Below, piece after piece: positions 46,905 to 56,790 of a stretch of 64,000 nucleotides of DNA (position 1 is the stretch's first letter; each line of letters begins with the position of its first letter). The notes under the pieces are model-generated. The model ran no database searches. It had not been told where the DNA came from and saw only the letters and a list, made by a program, of their open reading frames with translations. Source of the stretch: Thermoplasmatota archaeon (GTDB taxonomy: Archaea > Thermoplasmatota > E2 > DHVEG-1); contig JALOTN010000006.1 of assembly GCA_025457885.1 (NCBI GenBank), positions 5,635 to 69,634 of the forward strand, written 5' to 3'. A program made the position numbers and the translations under genes.

Positions 46905-47582
46905 GTGATGTTGAAAACTCCCGCGATTGTGTTAAACGTGAAAACCTATACGGAATCCACTGGTACAAACGCTCTTGAGCTGACGAGACTCATGGGGAAG
47001 ATTGCTTCTGAGACCAATGTGAGTATGGCAATTGCAGTGCAAGCCTGTGACCTCTCCAGATGTGCTGAACTGGGTAGTATTCCTGTCTATGCACAGCACA
47101 TTGATCCGATTAAACCCGGAAGTAGTACTGGGTGGACGTTACCAGAGGCGGTTAAACAAGCTGGAGCAGTCGGCACGCTGATTAACCATAGTGAGCATCG
47201 GTTGATTCTTGCGGACATCGACACCTGCATATTGCGTGCGAAGGACCTTGGGTTAGAGACCCTTGTCTGTACTAATAATGTGGCGACCTCCAAAGCAGTC
47301 GCTACTTTTTCACCTGGGTTGCTTGCGGTGGAGCCTCCGGAGCTTATCGGTGGGGACATCTCGGTAACTACTGCAGACCCAGGTATCGTCAGTAACACCG
47401 TCCAAGCTGTTCGAAAAATCAACAGTTCCGTAAAAATCCTCTGCGGCGCTGGGGTGAAAAACGGAAAAGATGTGTCTAAAGCAATTGAGCTTGGTGCCGA
47501 TGGTGTGCTTCTCGCCAGTGGTGTGGTCAAAGCAAAAAACAAAGAAGAGGTCCTTCGGGATTTAGCCGCAGGCATTTTTTAG
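46905..47582 (+). CDS. tpiA: triosephosphate isomerase (short archaeal type)
   Basis: 225 aa (NVKTY, INHSEHR, the catalytic Glu in AVEPPELIG, and CGAG). Confidence 0.8.
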   Translation: MMLKTPAIVLNVKTYTESTGTNALELTRLMGKIASETNVSMAIAVQACDLSRCAELGSIPVYAQHIDPIKPGSSTGWTLPEAVKQAGAVGTLINHSEHRLILADIDTCILRAKDLGLETLVCTNNVATSKAVATFSPGLLAVEPPELIGGDISVTTADPGIVSNTVQAVRKINSSVKILCGAGVKNGKDVSKAIELGADGVLLASGVVKAKNKEEVLRDLAAGIF

Positions 47583-47586
47583 AATA

Positions 47587-48234
47587 TTATGCTTCTTTGA
47601 GCTGTCTGATGGCCGTCCGATAATCTTTGCTATGGAAGATGAAGCTTGCTGCAACTAGGACATCAGCCCCGTTCTGTTTCACTAGCCTGGCGTTTTGATT
47701 ATTGATTCCGCCATCGATTTGTAAGTAGATCTTCTTGTGTGTGCGTTGAATGGCTTCATACGCCTGCTTAAGCTTGGGGACCATCTCAGGGATGAAACGC
47801 TGACCTGAAAAACCAGGGTGAACCGACATGATCAATACCAGGTCGACCTCAGGGAGTAGCATGCTGATTTCCTCAAAGGAGGTCTCTGGGTTTATCGAAA
47901 TCCCTGCCTTACCTCCACCTTCCTTGATATGACGCAGGATCGGGACAGGGTCTGCGTTAGCCTCTTTATGAATGGTGATAAGGTCAGCACCCGCTTTCAA
48001 GAAGGCATCGACATACTTTTCCGGATGTTGTATCATCAGATGACAATCCAGGAACAGAGTGGTTTTTTTCCGTATGTTTTCAACCACCACTGGCCCAATT
48101 GTGATGTTTGGGACGAAATGACCATCCATGACATCGATGTGAAGCCATTCTGCCCCTGCATCAGCGACTGCTGTGATTTCCTCTTGGAGTCTTGTAAAAT
48201 CCGCAGATAGAATCGATGGAGCGACAATCACCAT
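47587..48234 (-). CDS. rpe: ribulose-phosphate 3-epimerase
   Basis: 215 aa (PSILSADF, HIDVMDGHFVPN, MSVHPGFSGQ, and QIDGG). Confidence 0.8.
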   Translation of the reverse strand: MVIVAPSILSADFTRLQEEITAVADAGAEWLHIDVMDGHFVPNITIGPVVVENIRKKTTLFLDCHLMIQHPEKYVDAFLKAGADLITIHKEANADPVPILRHIKEGGGKAGISINPETSFEEISMLLPEVDLVLIMSVHPGFSGQRFIPEMVPKLKQAYEAIQRTHKKIYLQIDGGINNQNARLVKQNGADVLVAASFIFHSKDYRTAIRQLKEA

Positions 48235-48529
48235 AGATACTCAGCAGATGATATGACCCAGGTCTTTATAAAACTAAACCATTCTTCTTGAGATGTGATC
48301 CTGTCCTGGAATTATGTCAAAATGATATTCTACCAGCATACGCTTTTATAGATGAAGCACCCTCGTAGGTCTTGGAACACCGATATGGTCAGGCCGAACA
48401 CCATCTTTTTTTCCCAAGGCCTGCCCATCCCATCCCATATCTTTCTTCTCCGAGAACAACAGAGAGTGTTAAAATATATAAAGATTGCACGATATAGCCC
48501 TTGTCAAATCCCATAGAAGGTTGACCGTT

Positions 48530-50053
48530 ATGAAGGAATTAGAGAAAACATCCTCTGTGTGCCCTGCGTGTTTCCAAGAAGGGAAAATCCATAAGATTGA
48601 TGCAAAGATCATTGAAGATGACGGGAAAGTCTGGATTGCCAAAACATGTGATGAACATGGAGAGTTTAAGGATATTTACTTTGGTGATGTCGGGTTGTAT
48701 CAGAAATGGATGAAATTCGGGAAAAGTGGTGACGTTAACCCTGATGTGAAGACCTCATTATTTGACGATCCTTCTTTGTATCCGGAGCATCGGTCGCAAA
48801 GTGTGCTGACGAATCTGTTGGTGACGAACCGATGTAACCTGCGTTGCGGGTATTGTTTCATGAATGCAGGTGCCTCAGGGTACGTCTATGAACCTTCCCT
48901 TGATGAGATTAAAAAAATGCTGGAGCAGGCGCGCAAGGAACGACCGATGGGATCTAAAGCGATCCAGATCACAGGCGGGGAGCCTACGATTCGGGAGGAT
49001 CTCTTTGACATCGTCCGGCTTGCTCGAGAAGCGGGTTTCTCTCATATCCAGCTGAACTCCAATGGGATTAAACTTGCAGAGAGTGTAGAGTATTGTAAGA
49101 AACTGAAAGAAGCAAAGGTCAACACAGTGTACATGAGTTTTGATGGAGTCAGTAAGGAGACGAATCCCTGGATTGACCAGCTTATTCAGACAATTGAGAA
49201 CTTCCGTGAGGCGAATCTCCGTGCAGTGCTTGTCCCAGTGATCATCGGTGAGAAGAATCTTCATGAGACCGGGAAGATTATTCAGTTTGCATTAGATCAT
49301 ATCGACATTATCCGTGGCGTGAACTTCCAGCCGGTCTCGTTCTGCGGGCGGATTACGAAAATTAAGGATGAGAAACGGGAGAAACAACGGGTGGATTACG
49401 TCCGCATGATGGAGGTGATCGAAAAGGAGTTCCATGGTCTGATCAGCCGGGATGATTTCTATCCGGTTCCCTTCGTGTATCCTGTCTCTGAGCTCATCGA
49501 GTCATTGAAGGGAGAAAAACAAGTCGAGTTCACCGCCCATCCAGGGTGCGGTGGTGCGACATACATCTTCCTTGAGGATGGTAAACCGTTGCCGATCACC
49601 CGGTTCATCGATGTGGAAGGATTCATGAAATTCATCAATAAACAAGCTGAGGTGAAAGGACCATTGAAAAAAGTACGGGTCGCGACATCCTTCCTTCGGA
49701 ACGTGGATAAATTCGTTGATAAGGAGAAAGCGCCAAAGGATTTCGATCTGAAAAAGATCCTGATTGATGCCGCGGTCGGTGGAAGCTATGATTCCTTACG
49801 TGGTTTCCATTATAAGAGTCTGTTTGTTGGTTCAATGTGGTTCATGGATACCTTTAATTTGAATCTCCATCGGCTGGAACGATGCTGCATCCATTACACG
49901 ACCGAGGAGGGCATCATTCCCTTCTGTTCCTACAATGGTCTTGGATATGGGGATAAAATCCGTGAGAAGCATTCTCTACCTATCAAGGAATGGGAGGAGA
50001 AAACAGGTCGGCCGATGCGGGATGACCTTTGGAAACATGGCCCGTTAACCTAA
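48530..50053 (+). CDS. large radical SAM protein with N-terminal Cys-rich (zinc-ribbon-like) segment and C-terminal extra Cys residues
   Basis: About 507 aa from the ATG at 48530. It carries CNLRCGYC (CxxxCxxC), ITGGEPT, an N-terminal CPAC...CDEH, and C-terminal Cys residues in CCIHYTTEEGIIPFCSY. The size and architecture match archaeal lipid-modifying radical-SAM enzymes such as tetraether synthase, but this is not demonstrable here. Confidence 0.6.
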   Translation: MKELEKTSSVCPACFQEGKIHKIDAKIIEDDGKVWIAKTCDEHGEFKDIYFGDVGLYQKWMKFGKSGDVNPDVKTSLFDDPSLYPEHRSQSVLTNLLVTNRCNLRCGYCFMNAGASGYVYEPSLDEIKKMLEQARKERPMGSKAIQITGGEPTIREDLFDIVRLAREAGFSHIQLNSNGIKLAESVEYCKKLKEAKVNTVYMSFDGVSKETNPWIDQLIQTIENFREANLRAVLVPVIIGEKNLHETGKIIQFALDHIDIIRGVNFQPVSFCGRITKIKDEKREKQRVDYVRMMEVIEKEFHGLISRDDFYPVPFVYPVSELIESLKGEKQVEFTAHPGCGGATYIFLEDGKPLPITRFIDVEGFMKFINKQAEVKGPLKKVRVATSFLRNVDKFVDKEKAPKDFDLKKILIDAAVGGSYDSLRGFHYKSLFVGSMWFMDTFNLNLHRLERCCIHYTTEEGIIPFCSYNGLGYGDKIREKHSLPIKEWEEKTGRPMRDDLWKHGPLT

Positions 50054-50183
50054 AATCATTATTCTTTTTTTTTCTCTTTATTCTCTTGGTTTTCTCCTTA
50101 TTCTATGATAGTACAAAAATATATAAATAACGTAATCAAATATAGAGGTATAGAAAACCTTTAAGGTCTAAGGGGATTATTGT

Positions 50184-51539
50184 ATGAAACATAGAGGAAA
50201 TAAAACGTATAGGTTCTACAAGGCTTTAGTTATCGTTGTCACATTTGGTCTCTTACTCATTCCAGGTTATGCTCTGGCACATATCTCTGATATAATGAGC
50301 GATCCTACACCACATCACCCTGCATACATACAAAGTAGAGACGACCTAAAAACCGTCGTGATACCTCCCCGTAGTTCTCCATATCATCTGAATCCTCTTT
50401 CCACAATGAATCTTGATATTGCTGAATTGATTCAGCAGGTGGATGAATCTCTTATCCTTGGATATTTGGAGAATCTAACAAGTTTTGGGCCACGGCTCTC
50501 CGGGACAATTGCGTGTAATTTGTCTGCCCAATATCTTTATGAGACATTCCAGGGGATGGGTTTAGAGGTCCGCTATCATAATTACACTGATTATACGGTC
50601 TCTGGAAGGAATGTTGAAGCGACATTACCCGGGACCGGATCTGATAATATCTTTATCATCTGTGGGCATTATGATTCAGTTGCCTCTAGTCCTGGTGCGG
50701 ATGATGACGGCTCTGGTGTCGCAGCAGTCCTTGCTGCAGCAGAAGTGATGAGGAACTATGAGTTTTTCCACACCATACGATTTGTCGCATTTTCCGGGGA
50801 GGAACAAGGATTGGTTGGAAGCTCTCATTACGCGGAGGATGCTTATGCAGCGAATGAAACCATAATCGCAGTCCTCAATGCAGATATGATTGGGTTTGCT
50901 CCTTTACCATCTGATGGCACCAAAGGGAAAATATTTGAGAATGAGGCTTCCGAGTGGATCGTGCAGTACAGCCAAGCGGTAAGCCAAAACTACTGGGATT
51001 ACATTGGTATTGAACTGACGCCTCAGGGTGAGACCTGGGGGAGTGACCATTATTCGTTCTGGCAGTATGGGTATGATGCAGTGTTTTATCATGAACATAA
51101 TTTCAATGATTATTATCACTCTGCAAATGACACAATAAATCATATGAATCTTTCCTACTCTTCTCGATTCACCAGGCTTATTTTAGCAACCCTCGCAGAG
51201 ATGGCGTTGCAACCACGCCCGGTGCTTGAAATCTCCAGCATCAGTGGAGGTCTTGGGATCACCACACAAGTTCGCAACGTCGGTGAGCTCAACGCTAGTG
51301 ATGTGAATATTTCCATTTCTTTGACTGGGGGATTGCTGGGATTGTACGATATGTCTTCTATCACGGGAGTTGATTTGCTCGCACCATTAGAATCAACACA
51401 GCATAAAGCGATTCCATTCCGGATAGGTACTATCGAAATTGAGGTAGCCGCATGGGCATCCAACGCAGATCAAGTGACAAAACATGCGACAGGGTTCCTG
51501 CTAGGTCCTCTTGTGCTGAGGCTTGTTGTCACCCCATAA
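50184..51539 (+). CDS. secreted M28-family Zn aminopeptidase
   Basis: Signal peptide present. M28 metal ligands are in HYDSV, DDGSG, SGEEQGLVGS and YHSANDT. Confidence 0.7.
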   Translation: MKHRGNKTYRFYKALVIVVTFGLLLIPGYALAHISDIMSDPTPHHPAYIQSRDDLKTVVIPPRSSPYHLNPLSTMNLDIAELIQQVDESLILGYLENLTSFGPRLSGTIACNLSAQYLYETFQGMGLEVRYHNYTDYTVSGRNVEATLPGTGSDNIFIICGHYDSVASSPGADDDGSGVAAVLAAAEVMRNYEFFHTIRFVAFSGEEQGLVGSSHYAEDAYAANETIIAVLNADMIGFAPLPSDGTKGKIFENEASEWIVQYSQAVSQNYWDYIGIELTPQGETWGSDHYSFWQYGYDAVFYHEHNFNDYYHSANDTINHMNLSYSSRFTRLILATLAEMALQPRPVLEISSISGGLGITTQVRNVGELNASDVNISISLTGGLLGLYDMSSITGVDLLAPLESTQHKAIPFRIGTIEIEVAAWASNADQVTKHATGFLLGPLVLRLVVTP

Positions 51540-51655
51540 TTTTCTTTTTTTTCTATTTCATCAGTTCCTTTTGCTCCTGATTATGAAGCGAGAACCTTAA
51601 TATCTACTTATTTTATACCTGTCTGAACCCTTTCAGAGAAAAGGGAGGCGCTTCC

Positions 51656-53179
51656 ATGGCAATTATCATTACTGGATCTGGTTTTACTATCGAAAAACTC
51701 ATTGAGGTCGCACGACATCATGAGGAGATACAACTCCATCCGGATGCTCTTGCCCGTATCAAGGCATGTCGGTTGATGCTTGAGAATAAAATCAAAGCCC
51801 ATGAGATTATGTACGGAGTCAACACGGGGATTGGGGAGTTCTCTGAAGTCGTACTGAATGATTCCCAGATGAAGGAGTTCCAGAAATATCTTATTTACAA
51901 CCATGCAGCAGGCATTGGAGATCCCGCCCCGCTGGAGTATGTCCGTGGCGCGATGGTCGCCCGGGTAAATGTCCATGCGCATGGGAACTCAGGGTGTCGC
52001 CCGGAGATCACTCAGACGTTGATTGAGATGTTAAATAAAGGTGTCACCCCGTTTGTCTGTCAGAAAGGCAGTGTTGGTGCTTGTGGAGATTTGGCTCCGA
52101 TGGCACAGATCGCATTACTTATGATGGGGGAGGGAAAAGCATACTATAAAGGAGAATTGCTGCAGGGTCGGGATGCGATGAAGAAAGCAGGGATACCCAT
52201 CCCTGGGTTGCAGGCACGGGATGGTCTGGCGATCATCAACGGATCAAATCTGTTGACTGCGATGAGTGGTTTATTTTTATATGATGCGAATAATTGGTTG
52301 AAGCAAGCAGAAATAGCAGCGGCTATGTCCCTTGAAGCCTTAAAGGCGAACATGAAACCGTACAACGTGAAGATCCATCAGGTGCGCGGGTTCCCTGGGG
52401 CGGTTCGAAGTGCTCTAGCGATTCAGAAATGCATCAAAGGCGGAGACCTAATTGAGGGTAAAATGAAATGTAAAGTCCAGGATGCCTATTCGATGCGGTC
52501 GACTCCCCAGGTGATTGGAGCGGCTCATGATGCTCTTGCGTATGCGCGGTCTCAGGTGGAAATCGAGCTGAATGGTGTGGGGGATAACCCGATTTTCTTC
52601 CCTGATGAGAACCTTCAGTTATCCGGGGCGAACTTCCAGGGATCACCCGTATCACTTCCAATGGATATGGCGGGTACGGCTATTACCATGGTATCTGTGT
52701 TATCAGAGCGTCGGATGAATCGTCTGAACAACCCTGCGTTGAATGTCGGGTTACCCGCGTTTCTAACTAAAGGAGCGGGGATGTTCTCTGGTTTGATGTT
52801 GAGTCAGTACACCGCGGATGCGTTGATTGTCGAACAGCGAATCTTATCAGCTCCTGCGTCGATCCAGTCGATTCCTGCTGCCGCGGACCAGGAGGATTTT
52901 GTCTCAATGGGGATGACAACAGCGATTAAGAATTTCCAGATTCTTGATAATGCCTATGGGATTCTTGGGATCGAGTTTATGGCTGCCGCGCAAGCCCTGG
53001 ATTTCCGTGATTATCAATGCGGGAAAGGGGTGACAAAGGCAAAAGAAATCATCCGAAAACATGTTAAGTTCCTCGATGAGGATCGACCGTTATACCCGGA
53101 TCATACTACAATGAAGGAGCTGGTGAAATCCGGTGAGATTCTCCATGAAGTCGAGACCGCTGTAGGAAGTCTGGAGTAG
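51656..53179 (+). CDS. hutH: histidine ammonia-lyase (MIO-enzyme family) with Ala-Cys-Gly in the MIO-forming position
   Basis: 507 aa aligning over its length with HAL. The MIO loop reads GSVGACGDLAPMAQ (codons GCT TGT GGA at 52079..52087, residues 142-144) in place of the canonical GSVGASGDLAPL. Confidence 0.8.
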   Translation: MAIIITGSGFTIEKLIEVARHHEEIQLHPDALARIKACRLMLENKIKAHEIMYGVNTGIGEFSEVVLNDSQMKEFQKYLIYNHAAGIGDPAPLEYVRGAMVARVNVHAHGNSGCRPEITQTLIEMLNKGVTPFVCQKGSVGACGDLAPMAQIALLMMGEGKAYYKGELLQGRDAMKKAGIPIPGLQARDGLAIINGSNLLTAMSGLFLYDANNWLKQAEIAAAMSLEALKANMKPYNVKIHQVRGFPGAVRSALAIQKCIKGGDLIEGKMKCKVQDAYSMRSTPQVIGAAHDALAYARSQVEIELNGVGDNPIFFPDENLQLSGANFQGSPVSLPMDMAGTAITMVSVLSERRMNRLNNPALNVGLPAFLTKGAGMFSGLMLSQYTADALIVEQRILSAPASIQSIPAAADQEDFVSMGMTTAIKNFQILDNAYGILGIEFMAAAQALDFRDYQCGKGVTKAKEIIRKHVKFLDEDRPLYPDHTTMKELVKSGEILHEVETAVGSLE

Positions 53180-53206
53180 AGTCACAGGTTTCTTTTTCAA
53201 TTTTTT

Positions 53207-54877
53207 TTATTTTTTGATCATCGGGATTTGAATATGTGATTGTTTCACTTGTTGAATCGCTTCTTTGTATCCAGCGTCTGCATGTCGAGCGACCCCCATA
53301 CCTGGGTCGGTGGTGAAGACCCGTCTGATGCGTTCATCGGTTTCTGTGGTGCCGTCACAAACAACAACCATCCCTGCATGTGTGGATAATCCAATGCCGA
53401 CACCCCCGCCATTGTGGATTTGTACGCTATCTGCTCCTGCGGCGCAGTTGAGAAGTGCGTTGAGTAACGGCCAGTCTGCGATTGCGTCACTGCCGTCTCT
53501 CATTGATTCGGTTTCCCGGTATGGTGAGGCAACACTGCCGCTATCGAGATGATCCCTGGTGATGGCGATGGGGCCGATTTTTTTCTCCCGGACCATTTTA
53601 TTGATGACCAGGGCGAACTCTGCTCGCTCCCCGTATCCAAGCCAGCAGACACGCGCGGGAAGTCCTTCCCAGGGGAGGTGCTTCTCGGCAAGGGTGATCC
53701 AGTTTGTTAACACCATGTCTTTTGGAAAGAGTCTTCTGGCTGCTTCATCGGTTTTGAGAATATCCTTTGGGTCACCGGTGAGTGCGAGCCAGCGGAAGGG
53801 TCCTCGGCCGACACAGAACATCGGTCTGATGTATGCGGGGACAAACCCGGGGTAGTCAAACGCGTTTTTCAAGCCTGCTTTCATGGCTTGGCCTCGGAGG
53901 TTGTTCCCGTAATCGAACACTATTGAACCTTTCTTTTGAAAATCAAGGAGTGCAGTACAATGTTGTTTGATGCTTTGCATGGACTGTTTGATGTATAAGG
54001 TGGGGTTCTTTTTTCGTAGTTCATCTGCTTGTCGGAGTGATTCACCGTAGAATTTTGCAGGGACATATCCGTTGAGCTCATCATGTGCTGAGGTCTGATC
54101 GGTGACGATATCCGGGTTGAATCCTTCTTTCACTAACCAGGGCATGATGGTTGCGCAATTTCCCAATAAGCCAATAGAGAGTGGTTTTTTTTCTTTTTTC
54201 GCTTGAGCTGCGAGTGTTACTGCTTCATTGATATCTTTTATTTTTTTGTCACAGAATCCTGCGTTGATTCGTCGGTCGATACGTTTTTCATCACATTCAA
54301 CCGCGAGGCACACGCCTTGGTTCATGGTGACGGCGAGCGGTTGCGCACCACCCATACCACCAAGTCCACCGGTGAGGACGATCTTTCCTTTCAGGGTGCT
54401 TTTGAAATGTTTTTTTGCACAAGCAGCAAACGTCTCATAAGTCCCTTGGATGATTCCTTGGGTGCCGATGTAACACCAGGACCCTGCAGTCATCTGCCCA
54501 TACATGGTTAAGCCTTGGTGTTCGAGGTTTCGAAAGTTCTCCCAGGTGCTCCAGTGTGGGACGAGGTTTGAGTTCGCCATGAGGACCCGTGGTGCGGTCG
54601 TCCAGGTTTTGAAGACCGCGACTGGTTTTCCTGATTGAATGATGAGTGTTTCATCATCGTTGAGTTTTTTTAGAGTGGTGACGATTGCGTCGTAGCATTT
54701 CCAGTTGCGTGCTGCTTTACCGGTGCCACCGTAGATGATGAGGTCCTCTGGTTTTTCTGCGTTCTCCAGATTGTTCTCCAGCATCCGGAGGATTGCTTCT
54801 TGTTTCCAGTTTTTACAGCGCAGCTTGTTTCCCTTTTGAACCTTCACGTGTCGTGTCATGGTTTCGAATTTGCACAA
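53207..54877 (-). CDS. hutU: urocanate hydratase
   Basis: 556 aa with an NAD-binding [11 protein letters not shown] and N-terminal KGNKLxxKxWxxEAxLRML. It is convergent with hutH. Confidence 0.8.
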   Translation of the reverse strand: MCKFETMTRHVKVQKGNKLRCKNWKQEAILRMLENNLENAEKPEDLIIYGGTGKAARNWKCYDAIVTTLKKLNDDETLIIQSGKPVAVFKTWTTAPRVLMANSNLVPHWSTWENFRNLEHQGLTMYGQMTAGSWCYIGTQGIIQGTYETFAACAKKHFKSTLKGKIVLTGGLGGMGGAQPLAVTMNQGVCLAVECDEKRIDRRINAGFCDKKIKDINEAVTLAAQAKKEKKPLSIGLLGNCATIMPWLVKEGFNPDIVTDQTSAHDELNGYVPAKFYGESLRQADELRKKNPTLYIKQSMQSIKQHCTALLDFQKKGSIVFDYGNNLRGQAMKAGLKNAFDYPGFVPAYIRPMFCVGRGPFRWLALTGDPKDILKTDEAARRLFPKDMVLTNWITLAEKHLPWEGLPARVCWLGYGERAEFALVINKMVREKKIGPIAITRDHLDSGSVASPYRETESMRDGSDAIADWPLLNALLNCAAGADSVQIHNGGGVGIGLSTHAGMVVVCDGTTETDERIRRVFTTDPGMGVARHADAGYKEAIQQVKQSHIQIPMIKK

Positions 54878-55033
54878 GGAAAACGATATACAAAAACTTT
54901 GTTACATGTAGAATAAAAGGGAAGGACGGCTGGCCTCACTAGGAGGGGATGGGATGCACTCTAACAAAATAACAACTACCAGCCCAATTCCTTCCATGTT
55001 ATAATAAGAATAACCCCTATATATGCTTTTCGA

Positions 55034-55249
55034 TTAAATGAAGGAAATACTGACGACGTTGCTGCCCCGAAGGATAATTCTCCCCAGTCGGCGTTTGGTT
55101 TCATCCTTGGATTCTTCGACTTCATCCAGCACGAGGTTCATGTATTCATCGTATCCTAACAGCTTGCCTTCAATATGTCTGCCATCTTTTAAGAGAAGGA
55201 GTAATTTCTGGTTCACTGCTTTTTCCAGGACATCTAATGGTAAGGACAT
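55034..55249 (-). CDS. Sm-like archaeal protein (SmAP/LSm)
   Basis: 71 aa from the ATG at 55249, with Sm1/Sm2 motifs (LLLLKDGRHIEGKLLGYDEYMNLVL ... RLGRIILRGSNVVSI). Confidence 0.75.
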   Translation of the reverse strand: MSLPLDVLEKAVNQKLLLLLKDGRHIEGKLLGYDEYMNLVLDEVEESKDETKRRLGRIILRGSNVVSISFI

Positions 55250-55319
55250 GGCAGAAGGTAAGGAGAGCACCCTTTTTAAAACTATTCCTTAGCCCCTCGA
55301 AGAACGTGGTTTCATCATC

Positions 55320-56744
55320 CTAGGGGTACCCACCAATACGTAAACTAGGGTCTCCAAACAGTGCCCATGATTCCATGACTTTCGCATCAATCCATGAGTC
55401 ACCAAGCCCTGGGGAATCCCATTTCACGGGGTACGTCTGTGCGTACCAGCTGACTGCAGCAGACCAGGTGTCTCCTAAAATAGTGGCTTGGTTCTGTCCA
55501 TAGGAATGGAAAAACGCGCACTCCAGTTCATTGATGCCCCCTTTAAAGGAGGTCTTATCCTCTTTGGTGAACCCCAAGGCGGTGCACCCAATGCTGCAGA
55601 TCGAACCACCGGTTGGTTCCCGGAGGATACGTTCACTCCAACACTCCGGGACGTACTCCTGTTTCCATCGTGTGTCTTTGTTAAACAGTCGTCTCAGACA
55701 GACATCGAACTGACTATTGTGACAGCCGCTGACCACACAGACCGGAAGTCGGTCCTTATTGCGGAACTTCCACATATCATTACTGTTCGGACCCTGGACA
55801 AAGCCTGTCCCATTGGCTTTGTTGTTCCCCCACTGCTTAGGGCTTCCATGGCCGACAAAGTACACAAACCCGTACCCGTTATGAAACTCCCTGATGACGT
55901 CTTTCTTGTCAGTAAACGTCTCATCCGATGTGTACAGCCGAGTAGGGGTAAACCCCGTCATGTTCTCAATTGCACGATCCCCGTAATATTCTCCCTCATA
56001 CCCGGTCCAGTTCGGATTACCTGACACAGGGTACGTGTCTCCAGCGACTACCAAAATCCGTGAAAACCAGGATTGGCCAAACGCGGTTGTCTCATAATTA
56101 ATGATCTTCTGAACGATGATTCTGACCTCCCGGGGATTGCGACATGGCAGACGACCCACGGCGACATCCGGGGCTAGGTCAATATCGACATCCTGCGCAT
56201 TCTCCCCCATATACCATTCCCCATACACCCCGTCACCATCACTGTCCCAGCTGGAAAACCCCCCGTTCCGATCATAGATATCCGCGAAATACAGGTCACT
56301 GAGATACCCAACATCCCAATCATCCACCATGTTGACGTACCGCACTGGGCAATACCAGGATGGAAGGAACTGGCTGCTTCTCCCCCCCACCAAGAGAACA
56401 TATTCAACGCCCCAGATCTCAACAGCCGCCTTGATGAAATATTTCAGCTTCTCCGCCTCATCACGACCCTCCCAGTACATCTGATGATACACCTCGGAGA
56501 GCGTGACCAGTTTTGTGCTCATACCATGGGCGTTCTTATGCGCAACCAGTGGTTGTAGCTCGTTTTTAAAAACCGTCGGCGTCAGAATCAACAGCGAGTA
56601 CACCACGTTTGACTCCTGCGAAGTCTCTGTAAGCTCAATTCCTCTTGGTTCCCCCTGTGCTTCAACAAAGGGACTCAGACCAGAACAGAGAAAAACCACG
56701 ATAATACCATAGACTTGTAATCGATGTCTTCCTTTCATTTTCAT
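55320..56744 (-). CDS. secreted peptidase C25 (gingipain)-like cysteine peptidase homologue
   Basis: 474 aa with a signal peptide. C25-type N-terminal subdomain (YVLLVGG, DLYFADIYD, VGRLPC...YET), a His in FVYFVGHGSP, and a Cys in LPVCVVSGCHNSQFD. It is a tandem paralogue of the next gene. Confidence 0.6.
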   Translation of the reverse strand: MKMKGRHRLQVYGIIVVFLCSGLSPFVEAQGEPRGIELTETSQESNVVYSLLILTPTVFKNELQPLVAHKNAHGMSTKLVTLSEVYHQMYWEGRDEAEKLKYFIKAAVEIWGVEYVLLVGGRSSQFLPSWYCPVRYVNMVDDWDVGYLSDLYFADIYDRNGGFSSWDSDGDGVYGEWYMGENAQDVDIDLAPDVAVGRLPCRNPREVRIIVQKIINYETTAFGQSWFSRILVVAGDTYPVSGNPNWTGYEGEYYGDRAIENMTGFTPTRLYTSDETFTDKKDVIREFHNGYGFVYFVGHGSPKQWGNNKANGTGFVQGPNSNDMWKFRNKDRLPVCVVSGCHNSQFDVCLRRLFNKDTRWKQEYVPECWSERILREPTGGSICSIGCTALGFTKEDKTSFKGGINELECAFFHSYGQNQATILGDTWSAAVSWYAQTYPVKWDSPGLGDSWIDAKVMESWALFGDPSLRIGGYP

Positions 56745-56790
56745 ACCAACCCCTTCATCAATATACTATTGACTCCATACATATGTATTC

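Noticed and set aside
47087-47575. 162-aa minus-strand ORF
   Set aside because: It is antisense to tpiA and its translation is A/S/T-rich low-complexity.
48235-48484. C/D-box sRNA in the 250-bp divergent region (GATGAT ... CTGA-like strings) given the nearby L7Ae
   Set aside because: No proper RUGAUGA / CUGA box pair with guide spacing was found. The strings fit promoter and leader sequence better.
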